Origin: Paraspadella gotoi
Taxonomy: Eukaryota > Animalia > Chaetognatha
Assembly: GCA_051294375.1 (NCBI GenBank)
Contig: CM119264.1
Coordinates: forward strand, 6,776,502-6,840,501
Direction of reading: 5' to 3'
DNA length: 64,000 bases
Shown: positions 1 through 12,351 of the stretch, in pieces
Layout of the letters: every line of letters starts with the position of its first letter
Position numbering within the stretch: the first letter of the stretch is position 1
Notes under the pieces: generated by a model
What the model was told of the DNA's origin: nothing
Databases searched by the model: none
What the model saw: only the letters and a program-made list of their open reading frames with translations
Program-made: the position numbers and the translations under genes

Positions 1-206
1 AACAAATTTTCAGATTCACTTAAATATTGTTTCGTATGAAGAATAGATTTTCAAGCTTTTAACTCGACGACGACGACGCCAAAAACGACGACCATGACGA
101 CGACGACGACACCGGAAACGCCCAGTGTCAAAAGGTCGAAAGAAATCAATCAGAATCATCTTATCACCTGAAACCCGTTTCTAGCTCATTTGTCACTTTC
201 CCTTTA

Positions 207-323
<117 letters not shown>

Positions 324-328
324 CCAAG

Positions 329-628
329 GGACACAAAAGGCACAAAAGAGACTTGACATCAAACAAAAGGTCAACGGATGTTGATGTCTTCTTTTCCAGT
401 TTCGAGTCATCGCGACGCCAACAATCCTTTCGGGCTTTTCGGGTTTCATTCAAGGATCCCTATGGGGGCGTCGACGACGACGACGACGACGACGACGAGG
501 ACGACGACGATGTGGACGACGACGACGACTTCGACGACGAGGACGACGACAATGACATCTTTGCGGACGGAGAAAACAAATTTAAAGATGACGATGAGGA
601 AGACGAATTTGATGACTTAAAATTATAA
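329..628 (+). CDS. Probable 3'-terminal exon of an acidic, dibasic-site-rich (prohormone-like) protein; upstream exons not identified
   Basis: After the (CT)n tract and AAG acceptor the frame reads GHKRHKRDLTSNKRSTDVDVFFSSFESSRRQQSFRAFRVSFKDPYGGVDDDD...KFKDDDEEDEFDDLKL*. Asp/Glu bias persists with mixed codons (GAT/GAC/GAG/GAA) outside the pure GAC repeat. Confidence 0.55.
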   Translation, partial: GHKRHKRDLTSNKRSTDVDVFFSSFESSRRQQSFRAFRVSFKDPYGGVDDDDDDDDEDDDDVDDDDDFDDEDDDNDIFADGENKFKDDDEEDEFDDLKL

Positions 629-1090
629 TAACTACAAATATACTATAAACCATATAAAGTTAGGAGCAAGATAGCTTATTTATTAAATTAATGGATAATA
701 TTTATATTGGTTGTACCAATTTCATATAAGTATGAGATCCCATATGATGGGATTCAAATTAACACTCTCTTCTCTCATTCACCATCTACAACAAACTCAC
801 ATCATTTCGCACTACTTTGGCATTTGCGTCACCAATGACGTCAAGAATTTTTGTCGTTAGACGTGACGTCATTAATTGCGCCATCACGTTTGGTGCCATT
901 GAAACAGTAACTACATTCTCACGCGCAAAGGATATCTTATCTTATGAACGGAAATTCTTGTTTATTAATTGTTGTTTGTTTAGTAATTCTGTATATACGT
1001 AATCTGGTATGTTAAAATAAGTCCGTAGATATCTTGTTGAAAGGACCAAATTAATTTAAATAAAAACTCGCAATTAGCAAATGTTTAATA

Positions 1091-1595
1091 CAATGTTTTA
1101 AAAACCTTAGCTTCTTTAATATTTGGCTCATTCCTTCACGGAATCCTGGTGAGGGGAGGAAGCTTAATCACTTTCCTCTGGTAAACCCCTCAAAGGCAAT
1201 TTTAGACCCATCAACACAGGGAAAAGNNNNNNNNNNNNNNNNNNNNNNNNNNNNNNNNNNNNNNNNNNNNNNNNNNNNNNNNNNNNNNNNNNNNNNNNNN
1301 NNNNNNNNNNNNNNNNNNNNNNNNNNNNNNNNNNNNNNNNNNNNNNNNNNNNNNNNNNNNNNNNNNNNNNNNNNNNNNNNNNNNNNNNNNNNNNNNNNNN
1401 NNNNNNNNNNNNNNNNNNNNNNNNNNNNNNNNNNNNNNNNNNNNNNNNNNNNNNNNNNNNNNNNNNNNNNNNNNNNNNNNNNNNNNAAAAAAAATCTTCG
1501 AAATAAAAATAAACCGACGACAAAAGTTGATTCAGAATGATTCGGTTTACGCTCGTCTGTCAAGGGAATTTGGGAATTATTCTCTCTCTCTCTCT
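1091..1595. repeat. Segments flanking the 260-N gap, repeated in inverted orientation at 6075-6522
   Basis: 1091-1226 is the reverse complement of 6378-6522, and 1487-1595 of 6075-6178. The ~200 bp between the latter copies (6179-6377) probably represents the gap content. Confidence 0.9.
1227..1486. other. Assembly gap (260 N)
   Basis: Run of N. Confidence 1.
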
Positions 1596-3274
1596 AAAGG
1601 GAAGAGATACGGTCATACATACTCATGTATTTTTGTTCTTTATTTGGTTCTGAATAATTTACTTGAGAAAACCGTAAATTACTAAAATTAAATTTTAACT
1701 CGTATGATTAATTATATACTATAACCCATAGTATTAATTAATCTTCTATGTTGGTTCATCCAAAACGCGTGAGGACGAAAAAACGAAAAGAATTATTAGT
1801 CTGGAAATTTTTACGGCAGAGAGAAGGTGGTCTCTGCTCTCTTTCTCATCTCTCTTCTCTCGCCCTACTTGGTAAATCCTATCTCTCTTCCCTCCTCCCT
1901 CAACCCTCCATCCTCTCATGTCTCGCTCGGAATACTTCTTTCTTACTCATCAGTCGCATCCACTCCTCATCTCTCCAGATTTTGGGATCTAAATAAATTG
2001 TAACATCCCAAAGAACGAAGAGAGGACAAAAACGCACAGTATGGGGTTGTCCATAGTTTTACTTCCTAGAGAAGGACAAACAGTAGATTTTTTAAGAGGA
2101 TACGAATCTTTGACTCTCGCATCGTCGCTACGTCTCATCGCTCTCGATCCCGTCACCTGAGCTTCAGAGGTCAGTCAGGACATCGGATACGGTCTCAATC
2201 GTCAGCTCAACTCTCATCCTCTATCATCTGCTAATCTCTCGTACTCGATCTCTCTCTCTGGACTCGTCGTCAGAGAACGAGTACGCATCGATGAGCTACG
2301 AGGAGACTCTCTCAACAATCATCTCGTCCTCTCTCCTTCCTCTCGTCTCTTCGCATTATAATTTTCCAAATCTCTGCGTTTGCGGTCATTTGACGCCGAC
2401 ATTTGAGAGACGGAGGACTTTTTAGGCCACTGAGTAACTATAATCGCAGTGTTCATAATCAGAAGGCCCCGCAGAAAAAAGAGTAAAGAGAAGCGAAGAG
2501 CGTGCCCAGGTCCCCCTAATCCGGGGAGATTTTTCATTCATTCAATTCTCCTCGTCTCTCCTCTCCTTTCGCCTCCCTCTCTCCCCTCTCTCTCTCCCTC
2601 TCTCCCACCCTCCTCTCTCTCTCTCTCCGTCTGCCAGCTGGCTAAATAAGAGAGACGATCACTGTGCCGCATGTTTTCTCCAAGGCGTCGTTCAGCCGCG
2701 ATTAACATCGCCTTCCAATGTTCTCCACCGATTGCTCATTCGTGATATGAACCAAACTGATCTATCACTATTAGTCAACGATTTGCCAACTTTATTATGT
2801 TCTTATCCCTCGTCTATTTCCATTTATCCTCCTTTCCTCCCATTATCCCGATATTATATATATTTTCTTTCCCCTTTCTCTCTCGAATAATGAAACTAAC
2901 CCGGATTTATGTCGCAGTCCGTCTGTCCGCGCCCAGCGGGCAACCGTATGCCGGGACAGATCCCCCAAGAGTTGTTTCTGCCCAGTAAGCTAGTCTGAAA
3001 TTCGTTCTCTGTAATTCAAAGAACATCACATGATACATAATCGACTCCATTCAGCGATAAGAAGGCTCGCTTTACTTTCTTCACCTGAGAGGGAGAGAGA
3101 GGGAGAGATGGAGAGAGAGGGAGAGGAGGGAGAAAGGCGAGACAAGGGCAAGGGTGTGGTTTTTTGTTGGTGGTTGTTGGGTTTGGTTGGGGTGTGTGTT
3201 GGTTTTTTTCGGGTGTTTGTGTTTGTGTTGGTGTTTACGGCCGCTCGTCTGTCAGGGATTTGGGATTATTCTCA

Positions 3275-3305
<31 letters not shown>

Positions 3306-3418
3306 TCTTCTCTCGCTCTCTTATCTCCGATGTCGTGTTCTCGTCTGCTCGCTCTAGGCAGCTGCGGTCCGCGGTCTGTAGTTCTCTCTCTCTTCGTCTT
3401 TCTTCTGACTTCAAACTA

Positions 3419-3443
3419 NNNNNNNNNNNNNNNNNNNNNNNNN
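3419..3443. other. 25-N gap; identical-length gaps at 9785-9809, 17009-17033, 30408-30432, 43362-43386 and 55964-55988, plus a 10-N gap at 11466-11475
   Basis: N runs counted directly. A fixed 25-N placeholder is typical of long-read gap filling (PBJelly-style). Confidence 0.95.
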
Positions 3444-3519
3444 CTCCTCCCTTCCATCTCCTCCTCTCTTCTCTCGTCTTCTCTCTCTCCTTCCTCTCTC
3501 TCTCTCTCTCTTTTCTGAC

Positions 3520-4227
3520 TTGTTAAGAGGAGTGTTTGACTTCAACGTCCGAGAAGAAGAAGTTTGAGCGTCGCCAGAGTCAAAATCGGTGGTTGTCGGT
3601 GACTGGGGTTAAGATGAAATCTCAGGGGGGCGACGCACGAGGAGGTAAGAAGGGGTAGTGAAAGAAAGAGGGTAAAGAGAGGAAAGTGGAAGAATGAAGT
3701 GAAAGGAAAGTGGAAAGAGAGAAAAATTTGAAGCAAGGGAAATGATTTCGTTGTTTGAATAGGGGTAGTCCAGCGTACAGCAGACGATGGGGAAATAAGA
3801 GCGGAGCAGACGACGAAAGAAAATAGAGAGAATCAGGCGACGGAGGGATAGAACGAGGAGAGGGAAAAGAGGAAAGCGGTAGAATCAGATAGGGGAAGAA
3901 CCTGGACGAGACCGTGCAAGACTGGGAAGCAACCGGGAAAGACAGAGAAAACCAGCTGGATCAGGCGACGGAGGTAAACAGCAATTTCAGAGCAATCGGG
4001 TGAGACAGGGGAAACAGGCCGTCGTGGAGGAAATGGCAAGCGATGGGGTAAAGCAAGGGAGCAGGCGACGGGGACGAGAGTGACAAGCGTCGTTGATTAA
4101 ATTCCGTTAAGGAGAAAAAACGATTTGCAAGAAGCGGAAATAGAGTTTCGCGACTCAAGAGGAAATACAATGCCGATCGGCGCAAAAGTGGCTTCATGCA
4201 AAATAAAAACGAGAAAGTGGAATATAT
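3520..4227 (+). repeat. Segment X, copy 1 (~700 bp; copy 2 at 4603-5274, inverted copy 3 at 5290-6000)
   Basis: All copies share gagcgtcgccagagtcaaaatcggtggttg...aagtggaatat and differ mostly by single-base indels. Confidence 0.95.
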
Positions 4228-4254
4228 GTGTTTTTTTTTTTTTGTTTTTTTTTT

Positions 4255-4554
4255 ACGTGGCTGCCTTTTCTGTTATTTAAAAATTGCTAAAAGCTTTCGT
4301 GACGAAACTGAGAAAGAGTGAAGAATTTCAGTCTTTGCGCCGGCGAAAAAAATCAAATTAAGGTCAAGGTCGTCTCGCCGAACCTTGGGGAAAAAACGGA
4401 GGCGTTGTTTTCATTCTGTCTTAAAATGTCGGCCTGTATGTCAGTCTGTCTTAAAATAAGTGTATATACAACTGTTTTGGCCATTTGAAGCCAAGGTCCT
4501 TTTAAAATTGACCTTAATTTTGTTGAATGATATTTTTCTGTGCACTCTCTCTTT

Positions 4555-4598
<44 letters not shown>

Positions 4599-4600
4599 TC
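4255..4600 (+). repeat. Segment Y, copy 1 (inverted copy at 9810-10157, direct copy at 10207-10560)
   Basis: Shared acgtggctgccttttctgttatttaaaaattgctaaaagc...gtgcactctctc. Confidence 0.95.
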
Positions 4601-4602
4601 TT

Positions 4603-5995
4603 TACTTGTTAAGAGGAGTGACTTCACGCCAAGAGAGAAGTTTGAGCGTCGCCAGAGTCAAAATCGGTGGTTGTCGGTGACTGGGGGTTAAGATGAAATC
4701 TCAGGGGGGCGACGCACGAGGAGGAAGAAGGGGGTAGTGAAAGAAAAGAGGGTAAGAGAGGAAAGTGGAAGATGAAGTGAAAGGAAAGTGGAAAGAGAGA
4801 AAATTTGAAGCAAGGGAAATGATTTCGTTGTTTGAATAGGGGTAGTCAGCGTACAAGCAGACGATGGGGAAATAGAGCGGGAGCAGACGACGAAGAAAAA
4901 TAGAACAAGAAAAGAGGAAGCCAGTAGAATCCAGATATGGGGAAGACCTGACGACCGTGCAAGACTGGGGAAGCAACCGGGAAAGACAGAGGAAACCAGC
5001 TGGATCAGGCGACGGAGGTAGACAGCAATTTCAGGCAATCGGGTGAGACAGGGGGAACAGGCGTCGTGGGAGAATGGCAGGCGATGGGGGTAAGACAACG
5101 GGAGCAGGCGACGGGGGAAGCGAAGTGACAGCGTCGTCTGATTAAATTCCGTTGAGGAGAAAAACGATTTGCAAGAAGCGGAAATAGAATTTCGCGACTC
5201 AAGAAGGAAATACAATGGCCGACGGCGCAAAAGTGGCTTCATGCAAAATAAAAACGAAGAAAGTGGAATATTGTACAAAAAATAAAAAAACACATATATT
5301 CCACTTTCTCGTTTTTATTTTGGCATGAAGCATTGCGCCGATCGGCATTGTATCCTTCTTGAGTCGGAAATCTATTTCGACTTCTCGCAAATCGGTTTTT
5401 TTTCCCTTGAACGGAATTTAATCAACGACGCTTGTCACTTCGCTTCCCCGTCGCCTGCTCCGTTGTCTTACCCCATCGCTTGCCATTTCCACGACGCCTG
5501 TTTCCCCTGTCTACCCGATTGCGCTGAAATTGCTGTCTACCTCCGTCGCCTGATCCAGCTGGTTTTCTCTGTCTTTCCGGTTGCTTCCCAGTTTGCACGG
5601 TCGTCAGGTTTCCCAATTGGATTCTACTCGGCTTCCTCTCTTGCTTTTTTCTCGCTTTCTTGCTTTTCCTCTCTGCCTCGATATTTCCCTCGTCGCCTTT
5701 TCTCTATTTTCTTCGTCGTCTGCTCCCGCTTATTTCCCATCGTCTGCTTGTACGCTGACTTACCCTATCAAACAACGAAATCATTTCCCTTGCTTCAAAT
5801 TTTCCTCTCTTTCCACTTTCCTTTCACTTCATCTTCCACTTTCCTCTCTTACCCTCTTTCTTTCACTACCCCTTCTTCCTCCTCGTGCGTCGCCCTGAGA
5901 TTTCATCTTAACCCCAGTACGCCAACCACCGATTTTGACTCTGGCGACGCTCAAACTTCTCTCTCTCGGCGTTGTAAGTCACTTCTTAACAAGTC

Positions 5996-6000
<5 letters not shown>
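4603..6000. repeat. Fold-back palindrome X / reverse complement of X, axis ~5275
   Basis: aagtggaatattgtac-(A-rich)-cacatatattccactt, with arms mirroring for ~700 bp. Confidence 0.93.
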
Positions 6001-6043
<43 letters not shown>

Positions 6044-7081
6044 GAGATGGAAGGAGAGGAGAGAGAGAACGAACGAGAGAGAGAATAATTCCCAAATTCC
6101 CTTGACAAGACGAGCGTAACCGAATCATTTCTGAATCAACTTCGTCGTCGGTTTATTTTTATTTCGAAGATTTTTTTTCTTGGTATAATACATATTTGTC
6201 AATTCCAAATCTGCTCGCAACCGCCCACTTCGATCACCACCCGGCCATAATAGAGAATGGCCTTCGGTGATTGCGAGGCCTCCCTTGTTTGAGTATACTT
6301 TATCATTCATTCTCTTCTTCTCTTCTCTCCTCGTCTCCCCTTCTCTCTCCCTTCTCCTCTCTTCTCTCTTTCTCTCTCTTTTCCTGTGTTGATGGGGTTC
6401 TAGAAATTGCCTTGAGGGGTTTACCAGAGGAAAAAGTGTAATTAAGCTTCCCTCCTCACGCAGGATTCCGTGAAGGCATGACGCCAAATATTTTAAAGGA
6501 AGCTAAGTTTTATAAAACATTGGCAGTGTTCTACGAACGCCTTTCTTAACATTGATTTAACTGTAAAATTGAACTATTTTTAGTGTCTCGTTTGTTTCTT
6601 TGGGTCATTCTGATTTAAAATCGTGTTTGGGAATGTTATTCACTATCATGTAAGCACAACGCGATGTGCTTATTCTAATGCTTCCAAATTCGCTACGATA
6701 AAAAGTTCTTTTCAAAGTTTTTGAACTAATTGAGTTGAAAATCTATTTCAACTAGTCGAGTTAACAAAAATACGTAAACTATTGTTAAAAAAATGGAAAA
6801 TTTTACGCTTTTCGTGAGCAGAAATGGAGCGTAGACACTCTCACGGCTTAGCAATTACAAATACAATAACAATTACAAATATTAAAAAAATATGATATCT
6901 GAAATTTAAATAATTTTTTTTTTTCTAAGAAATTATCTTTCTCGGTTTCATTTTTTTCCCATAGACCTCAAGACGTAACTATATTAATCTCCAGGCAAGC
7001 CAAAGTATTTTAATTAAAATTGGCAGACTGAAATTAAAAATTAAGTGAAATTGTTTGTTTTGGCTGACAGACAACGGAATT

Positions 7082-7113
<32 letters not shown>

Positions 7114-7797
7114 GGAGAAAAAGTTTTTTCCATTAAGAATTGAGTAAAGGATAGTGAAGGAGTTAAGATTGGGGACAAGTTAGTCTGCCGAGAGAGAGAG
7201 TGTGAAAGAAATGAAATACATGTAATAATTTTACTAAAGATAGAAAAATTAAAATAAAGATTTGAGGTTTAATAAGAAAAGTGAAAGATAAGAAAAGAAG
7301 TATTGTGCAAAAGTCGACTCTTTCTTTTTCGACCTCTTCTCTCTTTTCTCTTCTTTCTCTCTCTTTCTCTCTTCTCTCTCTTTCTCTCTCTCTTCACGTC
7401 TCTCCTTCATCATAATGTTTTGGTAAAAATTTTTATAAATTCACATTGGTCGTTTCTGATTAAGACTCGAAAAGAGTCGAAACATTTCCGTAAAAAAAAT
7501 GTAAACTCGTTGTTTTGTAATAAAAACAGAAACTTTGTCTTCTTCTCCATTTTTTTAAAAAATGGGTTAACTTCATTGAATCCTTCGACCATTTCCTCTC
7601 TCCTTTTTCAATTGCCACTTTCATCGCGAAGCCGATTTTTTGTCATCCTTCGCCGCGAAGGTGACTTTTTCCTAGGTCGGTCGCTCCTCGCCGGGGCCGA
7701 CGTTTTCCGGGGCCGAATCTCCGGTCACGGCGTTTTTACCCCTGTAAAATTCTCCATTTTTCTCTTACCCTGTTTTCGCTCGATTGATCGGCGTCGA

Positions 7798-7934
7798 GGG
7801 GGTGGGGGGGGGGGGGGGGGGGGGGGGGGGGAGGGGGGGGGGGGGTTGTTGTGGGTGTGGGGGGTGGGGGGGGGGGGGGGGGGGGGGGGGTGGTGGGGGG
7901 GGGGGGGGGGGGGGGGGGTTGTGTGTGGTGTGGG

Positions 7935-7986
<52 letters not shown>
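7798..7986 (+). repeat. Poly-G low-complexity tract, probably partly a sequencing artefact
   Basis: ~190 bp of almost pure G. The G-rich noisy sequence at 8960-9210 and 9520-9780 looks similar. Confidence 0.85.
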
Positions 7987-7987
<1 letters not shown>

Positions 7988-9809
7988 GACGTAAGAGTCG
8001 CGTGCCCGGCGCCGCAATCCTTGTGCCACGTTTTGCCGCGCTATGTTAATGAATGACTGTAAGTTTTAATGCTAGGGACTGAGCAACTGTCTAGATGTAG
8101 GACGAAATATTGAACTAACAAAAATGCATTTATTCTTTGAAGTAGACAATAGAGTTTTGAAGTAAGACATCACGTGTGTAGTTTTTGAATTCTGGTTCTG
8201 TCAAATCTAGGAAAATGAAGCGGGAGAATATTTTAGTAAATTAATTATTTTAATTAATTTATCACAACGACTTACATCGTTTGGCCCCTCCGGGATTTAG
8301 TCACAACATAGGAAATATCTTTTCTCCACGCCGCTTTCGAAATCGGTGCGCGGGAAATTATCGGAATGCTCCAGAAACGGTAGAAGGACGTTTCTATCGA
8401 GGTGTTTTGTAGAAAAAAAAAAAAAAAATTTTTTTTAAAGGAAACATAAAAACCACAAAGGGATTCGTTATTGCATCCCCGCAATGACCCCGAGCTGTAT
8501 GAGTCGACTTGTTAGGCTCTTCAAAACTCCCCGCATTTAGGAGTGAAAATATTACAAATATTGTAAAGTCTAAATAAATCGGAGCCTACTAAAAGAGTGC
8601 CTCTTCCCTAATAATGAATTTAATATTTCAATCAGGATCTTTGGGTTTCCCGCTGCTATGTGAATTCCGGTTCCACCCCCCGCTTCTATAAGATTTTCCG
8701 TTCTCTCTTTTCCTTCCCCTTTCCATGTTCTGACTGCAGTAACTGCCGTTGTTTTTGGTTCCATCTCCATTTTCGGTGCCGGCTCCCGCGCGTCGGCTCC
8801 CGCGTCGGCGCTGGCGTCGGCAGTCTGCATCTGCTTTCCCCGGTCGGCATCTGCTTCTGGAAGATCTCAACGGGTCTCGGTCACCATGGAGTTTGATAAC
8901 AGGAATGATATAGGATTTGTTCACGGAACGATAAATATTTGTAATTCTGTACTCGTATTGGTGAAGGTTGGGTTTTAGGAAGTGGTGGTTCTGGTAATAT
9001 TTTTGGTTGGGGAAGGGTAGTTTAGGATTTAGTTCTGGAGCGGATAAGTTTGGGGGGTGAAGGAAATAGAGGGTAGAGTTTTGGAGGATGATTTTGGGTA
9101 AACACGGGGAAAGTCCGGTAAAGGGTGGTTTGGTAAAGGGAGGTGGGGAATTTGGGGGAGATGGGATAATTTTGGGAGGTGGGGTGATGGTCCGGGGGGG
9201 CTGCGGGTAATTCATTTCGTAAATTGAGTATTTCCTCCCCTTTAACGGTGAAACAAATATATAACGAGTACATTGCTATTGAATATTTTCGACTATTTAC
9301 TATTGAAATGACAGATGAATTGTATTTTAATATTTTATTTATAATAGATTATTCTCGTGTTCAAATTGTAATTTATTTGAAACAGGTAAGTGAGTGTAAT
9401 TGATAACTCAAGTATGAGTTTCGATGTACAATTCAGTCAAGAAAAATTATTTATTTTTTAAAATGAATTATTGACGAATGTAAATAAATAACAATTTTTT
9501 ATCGTTTTTAATGCTGGACTTTACGGGGTGGGGAATGATTCGGGGGATTTTCGTCATGTGTTTTTTTGATAGATGGGTGGGGGATCAAAAGAGGGGAGTT
9601 GGGGATGAACGTCTTTATTAGGTATCATTGGTACTTTAAAAAGGTGCACTCTATTGGTCGGGGTTTTTGGGAGAATGCAGATAATGATTCTTACTCGAAC
9701 TGTTTTTTTTGCTGAAGAATAAGCCCAGACGACGACTTGAACGTATTTTAGGGCATATGAGCTTCGCCACGACTTTATTCGTGGNNNNNNNNNNNNNNNN
9801 NNNNNNNNN

Positions 9810-9814
9810 AAAGA

Positions 9815-9858
<44 letters not shown>

Positions 9859-10518
9859 AAAGAGAGAGTGCACAGAAAAATATCATTCAACAAAATTAAG
9901 GTCAATTTTAAAAGGACCTTGGCTTCAAATGGCCAAAACAGTTGTATATACACTTATTTTAAGACAGACTGACATACAGGCCGACATTTTAAGACAGAAT
10001 GAAAACAACGCCTCCGTTTTTTCCCCAAGGTTCGGCGAGACGACCTTGACCTTAATTTGATTTTTTTCGCCGGCGCAAAGACTGAAATTCTTCACTTTTC
10101 TCATTTTCGTCACGAAAGCTTTTAGCAATTTTTAAATAACAGAAAAGGCAGCCACGTAAAAAAAAAAAAAAAAAACCAAAAAAAAAAAAAAAAACAATTT
10201 TTTTTTACGTGGCTGCCTTTTCTGTTTATTTAAAAATGCTAAAAGCTTTCGTGACGAAACTGAGAAAGTGAAGAATTTCAGTCTTTGCGCCGGCGAAAAA
10301 AATCAAATTAAGGTCAAGGTCGTCTCGTCCGAACCTGTGGGGAAAAAACGGGAGGCGTTGTTTTTCATTCTGTCTTAAAATGTCGGTCTGTACGTCAGTC
10401 TGTCTTAAAATAAGTGTATATACAACTGTTTTGGTCCATTTGAAGCCAAGGGTCTTTTTAAAATTGACCTTAATTTTGTTGAATGATATTTTCTGTGCAC
10501 TCTCTCTTCTCTTCTCTT

Positions 10519-10560
<42 letters not shown>
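9810..10560. repeat. Fold-back palindrome reverse complement of Y / Y, axis ~10197
   Basis: ggcagccacgt-(A)n-caa-(T)n-acgtggctgcc with ~350 bp mirrored arms. Confidence 0.95.
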
Positions 10561-10562
<2 letters not shown>

Positions 10563-10793
10563 CTATGATTCTTTATACATATTAAACAATTAAAATGCAA
10601 AATTATTTGGAGGTATAGAATTTGGCAAAAAGGAGACGGAAGCATTTGTTGTTTTGTTTTGTTTTCAAAAACAAATAAATTTAAAGTCGAAAAGAAAAAT
10701 TAACTAAAATCACAAAAAATCACAAATTCAAAGACTTCTTTTAAAATTATTTTTAAGAAAACACATGAAGCTCATTTCTTTATATTGCAAATA

Positions 10794-11160
10794 TACAGTC
10801 CGGTGCAAAAAAAAGCGCCACTTTATAACTTTAAATTCCAGACGCTCTATAAAGACATTTTTAAAAATTATATATAAAAAAAAAATATTTTAAAAAAGGA
10901 AACAATATGACTAAATTTTATTACGATCGGTCAAGTCGTTTAGGAGATATGATTTTTTAAACTTGAGTATTCCAAAACCAAATGGGAAAATCGTTTGAAT
11001 TTTTGAAATTCGATAATGCCATTGATGAGCTAAGAAAAGTAAGAAAGTAAGCAAGCCGGACTAATGGGAGTTTAAAAATAAAAAACGTCAGCAATTTTTT
11101 TACCAGGGTGCAAAATCTGAAGTCGTTTTATGAGATAATTTAGCGACAGTATTTGATCAT
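10794..11160 (+). mobile_element. Possible single end of a Tc1/mariner-like non-autonomous DNA element
   Basis: TA followed by CAGTCCGGTGCAAAAAAAAGCGCCACTT resembles Tc1/mariner TIR starts (TA|CAG...). No partner TIR was found in the window and the right boundary is approximate. Confidence 0.35.
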
Positions 11161-11968
11161 TTCATTTATCTCCCATTTGCCTCTGGGAAAGATGTGCATA
11201 ATGATAAAAAGACACCATTCCCGAAAACTCCATAAAAAAAGAAACATTATCAAGTTGTTTGGAGGAAGAGACGTCCATCTATAAATTCCCAAAAGGAGCT
11301 AATGTAGAGAAACTTTGGCCTCTCAGAGTCAAATCGCTGGGGAAAACAGAGAAGAGGATGAAAAAAACAGAAGAAAAAACAAGAAAACAAATAAAATAAA
11401 GAACGAAAAATTAAAAAAAAATGAAAGCAGAGAGAAAACAGAGAAAACAGTGTATCAACGAAAGANNNNNNNNNNAAAGTTACTGTATAAACGCAGTGAA
11501 AAACAGAGACACGAAAAGAAACAAAATCACAAAAATAAGTAAAAGAGAAAAGTAAAGAAACAGAACGAGAGGCGAAAAGAAATGAAATAGAACAAAAACG
11601 GCTGGGAGAATTGGAGAAAAAAAAAAGAAGGAAATAAGAGGAAAAAGAAAATAGAGGAAAAAAGAAAAGGAAACCGTAGAATGAGAAGAGAGATTGAGGT
11701 GAACGAAAAGACGGCACGCCTTCACACCTTTTGGAACGTGAAGGCGCTGAGTTAAAACGGTCGACGAATTTTCGCTGACGTCAATGTGTCAAAATTAGTC
11801 AAATTCTGTCAACTAGCTATTTTAAAAGAAACCAAAAAAAATATTAAAGGGGGAAAATAAGGAAGAAAAAAGGACGAATAAAGAAAGAAAGAAAATAAGG
11901 AAAGAAAGAAAAACTGAAAAGAAAAAAATGGTAGAACAAAAGAAAGCGAGAAAGAAAGAAAAAAAGAG

Positions 11969-11969
<1 letters not shown>

Positions 11970-12059
<90 letters not shown>

Positions 12060-12060
12060 A
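11970..12060. repeat. (AAAG)n microsatellite; similar tracts at 20335-20430, 23590-23675, 49380-49450 and 60985-61070
   Basis: Tandem GAAA units. Confidence 0.97.
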
Positions 12061-12232
12061 AATAAATAAATAAATGACATCTGATTTTCTGTCGCCAATA
12101 AAGGTTTCAAAATTTAAATAGTAAAATCTTCAGACGGGCACGAGCGCGCGGGAAGCCTTAACGAAAGAAAAGAAAAAAAAATAAAAGAGAGATTAGACCA
12201 TAAAAAGTAGTGGTGAAGGGGAGTGCCATAAA

Positions 12233-12282
<50 letters not shown>

Positions 12283-12351
12283 AGACAATAAAGCAGAAAG
12301 GGAGGGAGAGTCGAACATGTGTCGTTTGATTTTGAATTTGAATTTTAGAGC

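Noticed and set aside
1600-3418. Apparently unique sequence with scattered motifs, including a TCATCAG at ~1947
   Set aside because: Scrambled, read-noise-like sequence between gaps that partly repeats 1540-1595. No stem II or GAAA follows the CUGAUGA, so it is not a hammerhead.
7736-8056. Poly-Pro / poly-Gly ORFs (formin- or extensin-like) and G-quadruplex potential
   Set aside because: Near-pure G run with no codon structure or flanking domain; likely an artefact.
8570-9215. 195-aa and 86-aa minus-strand ORFs
   Set aside because: Half lies in G-rich noisy sequence, with no recognisable motif or splice structure.
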